The position numbers and the translations under genes are program-made. The notes below the pieces were generated by a model. That model was not told where the DNA came from, did no database searches, and saw only the letters and a program-made list of their open reading frames with translations. Positions 63,679-64,000 of a stretch of 64,000 bases of DNA are shown piece after piece; position 1 is the first letter of the stretch; every line of letters starts with the position of its first letter. The DNA comes from Antedon mediterranea (Eukaryota > Animalia > Echinodermata). The stretch lies in assembly GCF_964355755.1 (NCBI RefSeq), contig NC_092674.1, positions 21,700,001 to 21,764,000 of the forward strand, written 5' to 3'.

Positions 63679-64000
63679 TTTGCCACTCGCTTGAGATGTG
63701 TTCGTTTTTAAAAATATCTCTGAAGTAGTCTGGTTGTACGTTTTTCCTTTTTCTAATCTTGCTGCTTGTCGTACTTAATGTACGATTCACTTATACTTAA
63801 ATCAACGTCTTAATACGATCTAGAATAATAAAAAGATTAATGTGAACAAGCGCATACAGCCGGTTGCTTTACTCTAGAAAAGAATATCCTCCTTTTAAAG
63901 TTTGGCTACACCGTGAATAATATCCTAATCAAGATAATTAACACCATTATTAATTAATTAGGTAATTAGCTAATGGAATAATGTATAACCAAGGTTGATC

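Overview
AT-rich, intron-containing eukaryotic (invertebrate metazoan) DNA; nothing prokaryotic. Three host genes, all on the minus strand, can be rebuilt by hand from GT-AG exons. Two are tandem short-prodomain caspases. Caspase B (28109->8485, 5 exons) has intact SHG/QACRG and an unexpected hydrophobic C-terminal tail. Caspase A (6848->2689, runs off the left edge) has its catalytic His replaced by Arg (SRG). The third is an aristaless/Arx-type Q50 paired-class homeobox gene with an OAR motif (63678->61954). Most of the rest is transposon-derived: a complete Mag-like Ty3/gypsy element with identical 94-bp LTRs, a solo LTR, an intact EN-RT LINE ORF plus LINE fragments, two Helentron/DINE-1-like (HINE) families, nested TIR/foldback elements with readable TSDs, tRNA- and 5S-derived pieces, a ~181-bp satellite and minisatellites. 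The best candidate for a new system is the active (possibly membrane-tethered) caspase plus decoy caspase pair. Gene models and family assignments are manual; no database search was run.
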